Below, piece by piece: positions 1 to 12,899 of a stretch of DNA of 64,000 nt. The notes below the pieces were generated by a model. The model did not search any database, was not told where the DNA came from, and was given only the letters and a program-made list of their open reading frames with translations. Within the stretch, counting starts at the first letter, position 1. Every line of letters starts with the position of its first letter. The stretch comes from Lytechinus pictus. Taxonomy: Eukaryota. The stretch lies in assembly GCF_037042905.1 (NCBI RefSeq), contig NC_087251.1, positions 26,724,001 through 26,788,000 on the forward strand, read 5' to 3'. The translations under genes and the position numbers were made by a program.

Positions 1-1500
1 TCTTCATCCAAGCAAACAGAAACTCGAATTGTCTGCGGAATTTTTTTTTCGAGCTCTGTTTGGCGATTTGCACTACCATACTACCACATTACTAAACTAC
101 AATGTACTATCTTCGACGGTTTTATGAATTTTAACTCCATTGCGCAAAGATGTTTGCTGATAATGTGTACATGATATGCATCCAAACGTTATACCCTGAG
201 GTACTTAGTTTACATCATGTTAAGCTGTGTAATGACGTTATTACATGCAAATAATTTTGAATTATTGTGTAATAATGCCAGAGTTACCCTTTATATATAC
301 AAATATGATTTTTTCCCATATATTTTAAGTATACAGATTTAATAAATATATGTTGGTTCTTCTCGTGATATGCTTTATAAATGGTTCGCTAAGTTTTTTT
401 TTTCTTGATGTAAATCTGCTGATCAGCCTGTGAAAACCACAGGGATTTGTTCACATATCCCTCTCTTGTGTTGGCGGGCTGACCCATCTTTAGATGAAAG
501 TTGAAGCGAAAATATATTTCATGGCTCTCCCCCAAATTGAAAAAAAGAACGTAACAAGGCACGTCCAGTTTTTAAATTAGTGGGTTGGGCGGAAAGCAGT
601 AATATCGAAAACTGACCTCTGACGGATGCACTTGTGTATGATTGGAATTCGGGTTTAGCTTTCTGAAATGAACAAGAGCTAGTATAAGCTGATGGCTCAA
701 ACTGTTGTCTGTTTTACTAGTATGCAACACTCAAGCGCATATAATTATTAATGTGATTATTATTATCTTTTTCTTTCGTTTGTTTCATGTTATACTATTT
801 CGTGGAGGAATGCGAAGTTTGATCATGCAGGCCTTTGTTTGATTTTATTGAACACCGATGTTCTGCAAAAAGTACAAAACATTCTGGCAATTTCATTACC
901 ATGTCACAATATAAATGTATAGGTAGAAAATAATGATAGGATTGAAGTGGAACATGGATATTATCTTGTAGAGATTAAGGAAAGACATAACATATTATGC
1001 TCTTGCCCTGATGCTATGTATCAATGAACAGTTTTCATATGCAGTAGATTTATCAAAGTAGAATAATGTACCTATTTTAATAATGATATACTGATTTGTA
1101 TAGCGCAGAAACTATGTGCATATATTCTTCAAAATCAATAGATGTACATCTATCTACAAATAGATAAGTTTTATCTACGAAGGTCTCGTTATACATATAT
1201 CAACAGTATGATTACATCAGACGCGCTCTTATGGAAATTCTCACCAAATAATTTCATAACGCTTCATCACACAGCACACATGTTGCTTTCTCTGCACCAT
1301 GCATTAGTGCATGTGTACAAAATACTCTGTAAACCCACAACTCATACGCAAGCATGTAATCATATGTTATTAGCAGTGAACTTCATTACCATAATTATAT
1401 TCATTGTGCCACTGTGATCGATATCACATTTTCTCATTTTACACCAAACAATGGGCGTACATTCGTAACAATGAAGGCGTACATTCTTCTATATGAGTCC

Positions 1501-1521
1501 AACGCCGAATGCTTCGGCGTT
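1501..1521. repeat. Short hairpin palindrome, possibly the terminal remnant of a HINE/Helitron-type element on the minus strand
   Basis: AACGCCGAA-TGC-TTCGGCGTT (9-bp arms), followed by TAAAA and preceded by two GGCGTACATTC copies (~1454, ~1477). Confidence 0.45.
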
Positions 1522-2672
1522 TAAAATGGCGCCGCATTAAGAAAATAACAAAACACACCCGCGATTAACCTGTACAATAATTATTAATACGCAATTTCTC
1601 TCCAACGCCACCAAAATTCTGCCTGATCAAAGAAAATAAAATGCACTTCCCTATAGAAATGCTCGAACACGTACAAGATCACGGGTGTTCTTTTGTGATG
1701 ATAATATACTGGAGGCATGATGATACTGCATTGTGACATTGCTGCACGGCACATCAAAGGTGAATTAAACTTTCTGATAGTATAATAACTTAAGTGTCGA
1801 GTAACGATGTCCCATATTGGATAATGAATTTTGGCCATCATTTCTCACTCGATGAAACACCCATCGTTTACACTAACCCCCGCCAGTTAGCTTCATTTAT
1901 CAATTATAAAGAAGTAATGTCCCGTGGAACTGGCAGAATTTTCTGATTTTTTTAATGGATTTATGAAACAATAAAGATAAATGCCGTTATTAATGTTGAT
2001 TGTGTGAGATAAATTAGAGCAATACAAATCAGCTTGCATGGCTTAAGTCATGTGCATGAAATATGTGCAGGGGATGGGAGGATTTAGATTATTTCTACGT
2101 AGCCTTAGCCCAAGCCCCCCTTGGACTTTGTCAATTTCACCGAGCTTTCCACCCGTGAAAAGGTCAAGATCAACGGTGTTGTCTTTATGGTATTAGAAAT
2201 ATTTTTCTTTCCTTATTTTCCCTCTTCCCTGTCCATACCTCACGGGGTATGACATCCTAATTGGGGTTACCGGCCCACCTCCTCGGTCCTTTACCCCCTT
2301 GAAGAGCCGATTTTTTTTTTGCTATATATGTCTATAGATTTGCCAAAGTCAAGGGGATTTAAAGTACACCCTAGTGAAGGACGCGCCCATTAGTATTTAG
2401 GTCGCCCGTGCAATGTCTTCATTTTCATCTCCCAAAGAGGGAGTGGTGGGTGAGGCGTGGGTGAGGGTGTGGGTGTAATACTGATGATCATTTTTAGAAA
2501 TGAGTCTTTTCATTAGGAGGGGTAGCAAGGGTGTCGGCTACAGAGAGATAGGCTGTATGGTAGCCCGAATTCCAATATCAGTCATCTATCACCAAAATAA
2601 GTTAGCTCCTAAACATTTAAGTATATGAATCTACAAATATTGTAAATAGCATTCTATATATTTGTTTGTAAA

Positions 2673-2915
2673 CACTAAAAAAAATATTTGTATTTTTTTA
2701 CCTCCACGAGGGTAATTACGTGTCCAACCAATTTTGGGTAGTATTTTACCCAATGCGGGAAGCATATATTGTCCAGTAAGGTTAAAAAAATAAGCAGCAA
2801 TTACTTTAGAATGGGAAAAATTTTCATTACGCTGGATAAATAAAATATGCCCAATGTTTGTTGGACACATAATTACCCTCATGGAGCACATTTACCCAAT
2901 ATTTTCTTTAGAGTG
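2673..2915. mobile_element. Non-autonomous DNA transposon (MITE) with CAC...GTG ends, CACTA/EnSpm-like
   Basis: Left end CACTAAAAAAAATATTTG and right end CCAATATTTTCTTTAGAGTG are imperfect inverted repeats; AA flanks both sides (2-bp TSD); internal TTACC/GGTAA subrepeats. Confidence 0.7.
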
Positions 2916-3655
2916 AAGTGATAGTAGTATTCAGCGCAAATAAGAAAATGGACTGGATTTGGTTGGTTATTTGTTTTGGTTGTGGTGGAAGTCATGCTGG
3001 TAATGGTGGAAGTGATGCCCGTCCTGTCAGTTTACCAGCTTTGGTGGTCAACCACTACGAATGGGCGAGGCATATGAGCTGGTAATCACCTATTTTGTAT
3101 AATGAACACGATTTTAAAATTGCTATCGTTACGCTGAAACCCATGGGAAAACATAGTTTATTCAGTAAGAATATTTATTTGCATAAACCATTTTACCTCA
3201 ATATTGTTTTAAATAATGTGGTTTTCAAACATTCAGTACCTTTCTTGATCTGACCACATATTGAAATAAAAAATAGACATATTAACAATGTTGCTTTAGG
3301 TCCAAGCTGTACAAAATCACAATGCATGTAAAACTTACAAATCGATCCAGACTACCAAATTTATAACGTACCCAAACTTTCGCTTTAAATCGACCTTTTT
3401 GACGAAAAAAACCACGAATGTAGCAAGCAAAGAGATTGCCATATATTCACGTGTAGGAATGAAATTTTGTCATATTTTTAATTAAAGGGTTAAAAAGTTA
3501 GCAAATTTTGCATTCGTTCCGAAATTAGTTTTCATCAACATTACTGATCAAGGTTACTTGAAATCACAAAAAATACAGACCTTAGGAATTAAAAGTTGAG
3601 AAACAAAATATATACAAAAGTATAATGAAAGGTAAACAAGGGGAATAAGTGATAC

Positions 3656-3897
3656 CATTATGATGATGGTTGAGATGAGTGTGTGTGCGTGTGTGTGTGT
3701 GTGGGGGGGTGACCACACTTGTCATGCAAACGACCGGCGTGACACCGTAACGGAATGTTGTAATATCATTATGATGATGGTGGAGAGATGAGTGTGCGTG
3801 TAGTTGTGCGTGTGTGTATGTGTGGGGGGGGGGGGGGGTGACCACACTTGTCATACAAACGACCGGCGTGACACCGTAACGGAATGTTGTAATATCA
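3656..3897. repeat. Two-copy tandem duplication (111 and ~129 bp) containing (GT)n and poly-G
   Basis: CATTATGATGATGG...GACCACACTTGTCAT.CAAACGACCGGCGTGACACCGTAACGGAATGTTGTAATATCA starts at 3656 and again at 3767; copies differ mainly in microsatellite length. Confidence 0.9.
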
Positions 3898-4394
3898 CAT
3901 CTCCCGCAGGTTTACACAACATCTCCGAACAAATGGCCGCGAAAGGTCACTCAAACAAACACAGCTCGCGTTACCGTGAGAGAGAAAAAGAGAAATAGAT
4001 ACGATAACTGACAGGGGAACCTTCGAGGAGTGATAGGCAGACAGAGACCGATGGGAAAAGAAAATAAGAGTGTAGAAGAGAGAGAGAAAGAGGGAGAGAT
4101 ACTTTTATATACGAGACACGGACAAACATAGTGATATAGAGATGATTTGTAGATATGCTTTAAAAAAGCAAAGTCATATGATTGAATAATAAGGGATCAC
4201 TCCAATAGAGTCTTCAGAAGACAGATTACAACAAAATATAGACCTACCAGACACGGCAGAGGTAATGACGACGAGGAAAGAATCTCCGTGAAGGTGGGGA
4301 AAAATAAAGGATAACGAATATTCACATGATTTATAGGATCATGCTACAATATCATTGTCCGGGATTATTGTCCACTTGATAGTCATCGTTTGAC

Positions 4395-4417
4395 CAGGGA
4401 AGTGTTATACTTCCCTG
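4395..4417. mobile_element. 23-bp TIR-only remnant with 7-bp TSD (P-element-like scar)
   Basis: CAGGGAAGT-GTTAT-ACTTCCCTG flanked by the direct repeat GTTTGAC (4388-4394 and 4418-4424). Confidence 0.65.
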
Positions 4418-7400
4418 GTTTGACAGTATTCACAAGAGACAGGACATTGACAAATACAGACGCATGAACAGAGGAAGAGATGGGGAGTATCAATAGATGC
4501 CAATGAAAAGTTGCGGATCTAAAAAAAAAAGGCCAAGCGTTGTTCCTTTATAGGACACATCTTTATAAACCTCCACCCATTCTACCTATTCCCCCTCCCA
4601 AGTCCTGTATATTTCGCAATTGCCATAAAGAATATCCACCTTCGCACCAGGGACGCCAAAAAGAAAAAAGAATCATCGATACTCCAAGGTCCCTCCATGG
4701 GGTCAACAAGTTTTTCTACCTTAAAGGTAAAATACAGTAGTTGCAGCAAACAATAACTTCATGAGAAAGTCTTTAAATCAAGGTTAATAGTAAGAAAAAT
4801 ATTATCATACATCTAGATCTGGTACATTAATGTAAACATGCAAACACTTTGGTGGTAATTTAATTGGATTCTGTTCGAACTCATTTTGAGATCGTTACCA
4901 ATATGGCCGGTATCAGATTGGCCAGTGAAACTATTTTACAAAGGTTTTACGTGAAGAAGTGCTCCTTCCAAGAATAAATGCTATAAAACTTAATTCTAAA
5001 AAGTGCATTACTAGCGTGATCTATCGGAAAAGACGAGTTACGCCTTAAAAACACTGTCTTTGCAAGACCCAATGACAAAAAGAGATCCACCTTTTACTTA
5101 AAATGAAACAATTCATGCGTAGCCTTGCGTGGTGATCTCCTCAAGTATTTCCACCCCTCTCCTTCGCTTGACTTATTTTTATGTCTTCCTTTGTCGTGGT
5201 TCCTAAATATAGTCATGTTATGAAAATCAAAAGCCTCTTCTTTTGAAATAAGACTTTTACAAATCAGAAAGTATGAAAAAAAGCTTGATGATTTGGCGTG
5301 TTTCAATCGATGCCTAGCTGATGTTTTGTTCGTCGCTTTACGTCATGCAGTGCCGGGGGCTATCGAATGCCTGGAAGCAACATGCTCAACAAAAGACACA
5401 TTTGAACTTCATCAATTGACTGTCTCATAACCATGCTCATAACCTTGAATATTTTACCCAGGCACCAGATGAATCATTCAAACAAAAGATGAGAACATGA
5501 TTAAGCCCTTTATAAAATCATAAAAAGGGAAATTTCGAACACCATTCCCCGGATGGACTGATGGCACTGAAGCTAACAAACTCATGGTTTTTCTGTTATG
5601 AATATTAAAAGTTTTAGCTAATCGGTAAAACATAACCAAATAAAACAAGAAGTAAAAAAAACATGGCTGCACCTTACGTGGCCAAATTGAGGCTTGAGAG
5701 TTTGTTTGCAATTAATTATCCGCTGTCAAAATGTGTTCTCATTAATCACCTTCGTCATTAGTCATACTACCCTTGATCGTCCCCACCACCGCACCTGGTA
5801 GGAAGCCTCTGTTTTAATTATCTCATGTAACATTTTTTGCTCTTCATCTTTTTCATCTTTACAGGGGTTTGAATGTGAAGATGAGACACAGTAGACTTCT
5901 TGAAGGTTTTCGCTACCTAACATGTATGGATAATCAAACTTAACATGCGCGTGTCAATGTCTGGTCAAAATTCAATGATTCCTCACACTTGAAAGACAAT
6001 TAATATTCTAGATGTACGCGATCTGATACCCCCCCCCCCCATAATCGAAATATATTGCAAATTGACATGTTGAAGTACGAGGATACTTTTTCTAAGTCAT
6101 TCCTTTTAACTAAAGAATCACTTTGACACAATACGAAAAGATGTGTAGTGAATAAAGTAGTGTTAAATACAAAACTGTATCAAGTTGGTGTAAAATTTCA
6201 TGGAGGAGAAAATAACAGCACGCTGATATAACTTAAGAAAGGTAATTACCAAAATTATCTCAACGGAGCACTCCAAGTCGTAATGCAAAGTGCATTTTTT
6301 ATGGGAATATAAGTTCAAGCGAAACGAAGTCTACGAAACTTGAGACTCAGCCCCCGCAGAGACGCTCGGCCTCGACCCTGCCAAGTTGTCCACCGTCACG
6401 GCGAGTGACGAGCAGATTGAAGATGGTCAATTACAATACGACTTGCAACATGAACATGTGCGAGTGACATGAAGAGTGGCTTATCTGGAGGCTAAGGGGG
6501 AGGATAGAGTGTCTAGGAGCCCCGCCATCTTGGAGCCCAGGATCATCATTTCATCAAAGTAAGCTCATGGATGTCATGGGATAGAGGCCCATATGTGACT
6601 GTCATATCGGGAGAAATCACAAAGGGCCATAAGGGACATAACCCCACCCCCTATTTCTAGTCGCATGTGGATCTGCATTTAAAGTGTGGACATTAAACCT
6701 CCCCTAAACCCGCATACACCTACTACAGATATGATAATGTTGCTCTGATGATTTTCTGATTGAATTGGATTACCGATAGAAGCCCTGGAATAAAATCACT
6801 CTGTTTTGACGAGAATAAATGTTGTGTCAAATAGATAATACTGCAATATTCACCCAGGTTCGATGAAGCCCAGGTACTTACAACTAGTCAAATGGTTCTT
6901 ATGTAACATAGGAAGCATGAATAGCTACCCCTCCCAAACATCGGCAAAAATCACAAATTATGCCAAATACAGGTGGACTGACCCGTGAGTGAACTGTATT
7001 CAACAATGTCTTTGGATGTGTTAGACCGTATCAAACAGGTATTTGGTCAGTGGACTGGGAATCGCCAATAAGTTGTAACTCCATGTGAAATGGATATTTG
7101 CTGTTTAATATAGTCATCCCTAATTCAAAGGTAATCTCACAAAAACCTTGTAACTATTTTAAACAATTTTTAACCAGTGTCGACACTTAATAGACGCTTA
7201 TCAGAGAAGGTATGGGAAGACTTATTAGATGCTTATCAGAGTAAAGTATGAGAGGGGACTTCAACTGAAGATGAAGGGACACGCCCCCCTCGGAAGGGAA
7301 CGAATATACAATAACCATGCTTACGATACGTGTTTGAAAAAAAAAAGTTATACAACCACATTCTACCACACGCCCACTTTCACTAGGGCCTCGCAAATTT

Positions 7401-10400
7401 GTATCTTATGAACGTTTTTTTTTGGGGGGGTGTCTTCTTTCATCAAAACAAACGGAAGGGTTTCAGAACCTTATTTCAGTGAAAAATACTCGACATTTTA
7501 CTGCCAGAAGAGCAGCCCCATTCTGAGCCATGTCAAATAGTCAAATGAAAGCAAGATGTCACGCACATTACCAATGCAATAATTGTTTCCTTGCCTGGTC
7601 AAGTTAAATAATTCACTGGAATTTTTCCAGATCTATCTACATCGTTTGCCGACAACAACAAAAGCAAGGACCGACGAAACATTTGGTATGTCTATTACAC
7701 ACCCGTCGATGATGTACGACGTAACGTTGCCAGAAGGATAGCATGATGGCAGGCTTGGCCTTGGCTTAGGGTTTAAATTGATGTGGATCAAAGCGGATTT
7801 GCCTCCGAATCAACGTGCCTGGCGTACTTTGAAATCTAGCGTAGATCTGGACTTAGAACTCACCAAATACTTTCCAACCTTTAACGCTAAGGTTTAGGGA
7901 GTCGAAAGTGAAACAAAAATGGTAATAGTGCAAATAACATGTAAAAGGGCTGATCAACGGAAGATTATCGAAAGGCAGGATTATGAAAACAAACGTACTG
8001 TATAAGCTCAACCGTCTTTGACTTATTTTTTTTTGGGGGGTGGAGAGATTCATAGCTACACAAAGAACAGTGAAAATATTTCCTTATCTGGAAGAAGGGC
8101 TATGTGAGTTAAAACAAAATAATGAAAGTGTCTTGAAGAAAATTATGCGCCTTGTATATCTCTATGCAATTCCCAATTTATTACACAATCATAAAATCAA
8201 GAAAAATATCTCAAAGGTTAATTTTAGAAAATTATAGGCATAAAGGTAGACTTGGGTTTATTTTTTTGTAATAAATGACTTATGTCACGGTTATGGTTAT
8301 GATTTCAGTCATGCTGAAGAATATCATCTGAACAATAAACCCGTCTAGACAGCAATCAGGTTAAATCTTCATTCTTTCAAGTTCATTTTGTGTGTTGTCA
8401 AAGACTGGCTGCATGGTCGTAGAAGGTGTTAGCAAATTCAACAAGGCGACGTGATTTTTACGTTCTTTGTCGCCTACTTGTGACATATCCCTGGGGATGA
8501 CGTCATCATGCAATAGCCATGGCAGGTTAGGTCTGACAGCTGTGTAGCTGGTCGTGATTTGGTATAAGCAAGGAGTAAGGTTGAAGGAAATAAATCCGTA
8601 TCCCGTTTGTTTTCATCACCATAAAGGTGTCAAAATCATTCTGAAAAGTGATGCAATATTTTGCAAGACACAGATAGATTTATCATTGCAGACGACGCTT
8701 CAACATAGTCGTGCAGGAAAAGTTCATCGGCTGAGGATGATCAAAAGATGACATTTTTAAGCTTTGATCAACCTATTCATTGAGAAAGCTTGCCCACTCC
8801 TATGGACTATTTAAAGTCATTCATATTAATCATAATAAAAAAAGTAAAGATGTCGAACAAATTCCGACAAGTCGACGAAACATATTTGTTATAACAATCT
8901 CATGAACATGAAAGATTATATTGCATACTATAACAATGCTCAATGTATAATCGAGACTTGTTGACGCTCTAAGCAGTTCAATGTCTATCCATTTTATTTA
9001 CATTTTTTTATACAAAATTGAATTATACAGTCAGATTGAAAATGTACATCAAAGCCGCAGGAATGTATTATTATATTTGTAATGTAATACAAATATTATT
9101 TTATTACTACTTATTCAAGTGCTGAAAAAATGTAAGTAAAAACCCCAAAACAATAAAAGGCAAAAATCAGAAAGAAAATGAAGGGAAACGGTATTGACAG
9201 AAAATAAAACACTGCTTTTTTCATTGAAGTCCACTTGAGTTGAGGTCACCTTGTATGAACAGCCTGCTAGGAATCACGGAGCATGCTTCTCTTTTATGGA
9301 GAAGTTATCAAGCATACTCTTGAAGTCAATAGTTCATAAATCTATCTATGACCATCAACCTTGATGATTCAATAATTACAGAGATTTGTTCGATATTTGA
9401 TTACAAAAAATGATGTATTTTCTCAACATTTACTAACCTTGGGACAGTCATCAACGAATCATATCAATTTAAATTTGAATAAGGTGAAGGCCTATTTACA
9501 CTTGTGTCGAGAAGTCCAATAATATTTGCTTTCAGTGTTTATTGATAAACGCCTGTTATTAATTCCATTAATTTGATATCTGTTCAAATTTGCTCTGTTT
9601 TGTATACCGGATCGGGAATCGGAAATTTATAAAGGTGTTGATGGTAACAACAGAGGTGTTGATAAATAACGAACAATGCATGTCAATGGATTCAGATGAC
9701 CAGCAATGCCTGCAAAGACAAGACAAATTTAAAAAATGGTTTATTAGGAAAAAAATCACATTGTGTTATGGTATATATATGCCAATGTGATTGCCACACC
9801 AAACGATACTGATCCACAGTAGAGGCATTTCTAGTTTTTAACATATTCTAAGAAATTAATTACTCTATGGATTGCATGGTATAACATGGTTTTATTCATT
9901 TGTCGAAAAATACAGCTTCAGACAAATTTTAACTGAAATAACTTCAAATATTCCAAAGCCACACTACGAAAACGAAATCCAAACATAGCCCCCCCCCCCC
10001 TGAGCATATTTGCGATTAAAATGTATGCATTACAATATATAATATCTCTAATAATGAAATATTAATGAAATTCGATATAGAAAATAATTATGTTCATATG
10101 CGCTGTACAGTACAGCGCATATGAACGAAACCTTTTAGGCACATTAGACAATAAGGACGGCATTGCTTTCATGAAGACAAGCGTATATGCATTCCTAAGG
10201 CGAAATGCTATTTTAAGAACTTGTATCGTTAAATCGGGAACTCTAGGCTGAATAGTCATGTCCAACACGTCCATGTCAAACTAGATTTAATGGGTTAATT
10301 AAGTCAGGGCTTTCTAAACAGCCAAGAGGCATACAAAGAGTATCTTTGATACTTGTTACAGCCATGACAAATAGGTGGGTAAACAAAGACGAACACATAA

Positions 10401-11522
10401 AAGACGAGAGAATGTGAATATTCAGGATTCACTTTGTTTATTTACAAGAGTATTGACAAGGATTCGTGTATTTTTCTCTATCCAAATGACAGTTGCCTGT
10501 CGCCATTGTAGAGCATGGATATTATTGACTGTATTTGTAAATATGCCAGTAGGTAATACTGGCAACAATGTATGGTAAAGACTGGGAGGGGTACAATATG
10601 CAAATTTGGCATTATAATCGTTGTTATGATCACTTTTATTTTAAGAAAAAAAAGACATAACATTATGTTTCATAGTTTGGCTAGATTGAATACCTTTATG
10701 ATCAATATTCTGATTTTGAACAGTGTTTGCAATATCACAAGCATGACAAGTACAGAGACGAAGTGATATTTTAGAATTCAAATATATGGCTTGATTTAAG
10801 AAGTTAAATGTAGTGACTGTTCATAATGTGATTTTTGTAGTTAATGTACTCTTAGAAAGCTATCAGATCGCCGCATGCCAATGTCAGTCCTACGAGTATA
10901 AAAGTCCTCGGGCCTCTTCAACATCTCAAGCAAAACTCTCACTCATTCGACTCTTTGCTCCATTCTTCTGCTGCTAATAAGCATTCTCAATCCCGACCGC
11001 ATCATTTAGTATACGAGGGCTCTTGACAAATCTAAACAGACTACTTTTCCGATATCCGCAGCAAGAACTGTCCCTTCCATCCATTTGTCAAGAGTGTCCC
11101 AGTTTACCGTTTGGAAACGTCAAAAGATTACGATTCACCCCAGTACAGGCATGTATAATCATGATGACAACAGATCTCAAATACTACACCATGCCTTCAC
11201 AGTTGTATTTTTTTCTTTTATTCATATACAACTGATTATGCACACAAAAAACAGAAACTTGCATGTGTTAGTAATCGTACTCAAATGTCAAAATAATTTT
11301 GACACTATAGCGACATACTTTGATGAGTACTTTCACTCAATGAAGGTACTTTGAAAACTCATCTTGTCGAGTATATTTCATTTGACACTATAGTGACACA
11401 TCAAGTGAGTAAATTTGAATAACTCAATCTAATGAGTAACTTAACCCAGTGTAATGAGTATGTTTAAAGTATATTTACTGACTTTTTGAGTATGTGAGCA
11501 TATTACACACTTGATTAGTTTT

Positions 11523-12394
11523 AGCGATAATCTGACGATTAACTGCGCTGAGAAAATGAGTAGTATATGACTCTTGTATGTGAGTTTTGGGGTGTTGAGA
11601 TCATGCATCCAAGTAATTTTACTCGGATCTCGCGTTAATTGCTTGCGCGCACACGTGATACCGGCCAAATGTGCAGAGCATGAAGACTTTTCTGGTAAGT
11701 TCTACATGTCTTTTTATTTATTTTCCCCCTTTTCTTCTATAATTACTTTTCTTGACAATAATAGCTTAGACCTATGGGGCAAACATAAATGCTATTTATG
11801 GTGACAACAGGGTGCATTGATCTACATTCTCATCCATCCGAGGCTCACGCCTCTCGGTTTGGGTAACCACACACCAGCCTGTTGTTGTTGTTGCAAATAA
11901 GTGACATCGTCCATGATTACATAAATCATGGACGATGTCACTTATTTGCCCTCCTCATAAATGACTCCAGCAATCGTAGCGGCACACTGGCCTTCACTCC
12001 CTTCTGGCCCCGGGGTAGCGGCGCAACAACAGGCTGGTGTGTGGTTACCCAAACCGAGAGGCGTGAGCCTCGGATGGATGAGAATGTAGATCAATGCACC
12101 CTGTTGTCACCATAAATAGCATTTATGTTTGCCCCATACATGTAGGTCTAAGCTATTATTGTCAAGAAAAGTAATTATAGAAGAAAAGGGGGAAAATAAA
12201 TAAAAAGACATGTAGAACTTACCAGAAAAGTCTTCATGCTCTGCACATTTGGCCGGTATCACGTGTGCGCGCAAGCAATTAACGCGAGATCCGAGTAAAA
12301 TTACTTGGATGCATGATCTCAACACCCCAAAACTCACATACAAGAGTCATATACTACTCATTTTCTCAGCGCAGTTAATCGTCAGATTATCGCT
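11523..12394. mobile_element. 872-bp foldback element with 365/371-bp inverted arms and a 136-bp spacer; possibly Harbinger-derived
   Basis: 11523-11887 is the reverse complement of 12024-12394 apart from a 6-bp insertion in the right arm; mirrored ORFs in the track agree. Ends AGCG...CGCT; flanks TTT/TTA (imperfect TWA-like TSD). Confidence 0.9.
11893..11949. repeat. Perfect 26-bp-arm hairpin inside the foldback spacer
   Basis: GCAAATAAGTGACATCGTCCATGATT-ACATA-AATCATGGACGATGTCACTTATTTGC. Confidence 0.95.
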
Positions 12395-12899
12395 TTACCT
12401 GGCTGTGAGTTTTTTCACCCGTTCTGCTATCATACCTTACAAACTTGAAGAAAAACTCATTTGTACGGATTGTTTTACATACTTTCACTGACAGGGATAC
12501 TCAAGAAAAGTAGTTAATAAGTAATGTCCTTGAAAAAAAGATCAGGTGTAACAGAAACCCAGATTCTCGAGTAAAAACACATACGTTACGAATTTTTGCA
12601 CTTAATTCTTTATGTAAAAAACAATTTTACTCATGGAAAATAGTTCTCGTTTTTTGTGTGTGATACCTGGGTACTGTGCACATGAAACCTGAGGATTAAC
12701 AAAACTATGCCGAGATATGCTGCCTACCCGTTCATTTTATTAAGTTTTATCTATTTTTTTTTACAAGAATGTAGGTCATATCCCCTTCTACCACAAGTAT
12801 TCTGTTTCATGTTCCGAGAAACTCCGCCTTCCTAGTTTCTACTTTCTAACTATTTATTGTAGTGTATTGTACATCTACCTTTTAAGTGCTCCTGATCGT

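Larger units (their letters stand above)
11241..12660. mobile_element. CAC-ended non-autonomous DNA transposon (CACTA/EnSpm-like), host of the foldback insertion
   Basis: Left CACACAAAAAACAGAAACT versus right AGTTCTCGTTTTTTGTGTG (reverse complement CACACAAAAAACGAGAACT); TG on both flanks; many TGAGTA/TACTCA subrepeats. Confidence 0.7.

Noticed and set aside
3105..3492. piggyBac-like element ending GGG-TTAA
   Set aside because: No matching TTAA-CCC left end found nearby.
4721..5100. Kolobok-like element starting TTAA-AGG
   Set aside because: Only one convincing terminus; no matching right TIR or TSD could be fixed.
8990..9760. L1/Tx1 3' end on the minus strand (CRHC...ESIDMH; FVDDCPKV)
   Set aside because: The two zinc-knuckle-like halves are ~250 bp apart and not contiguous; too weak without a profile search.
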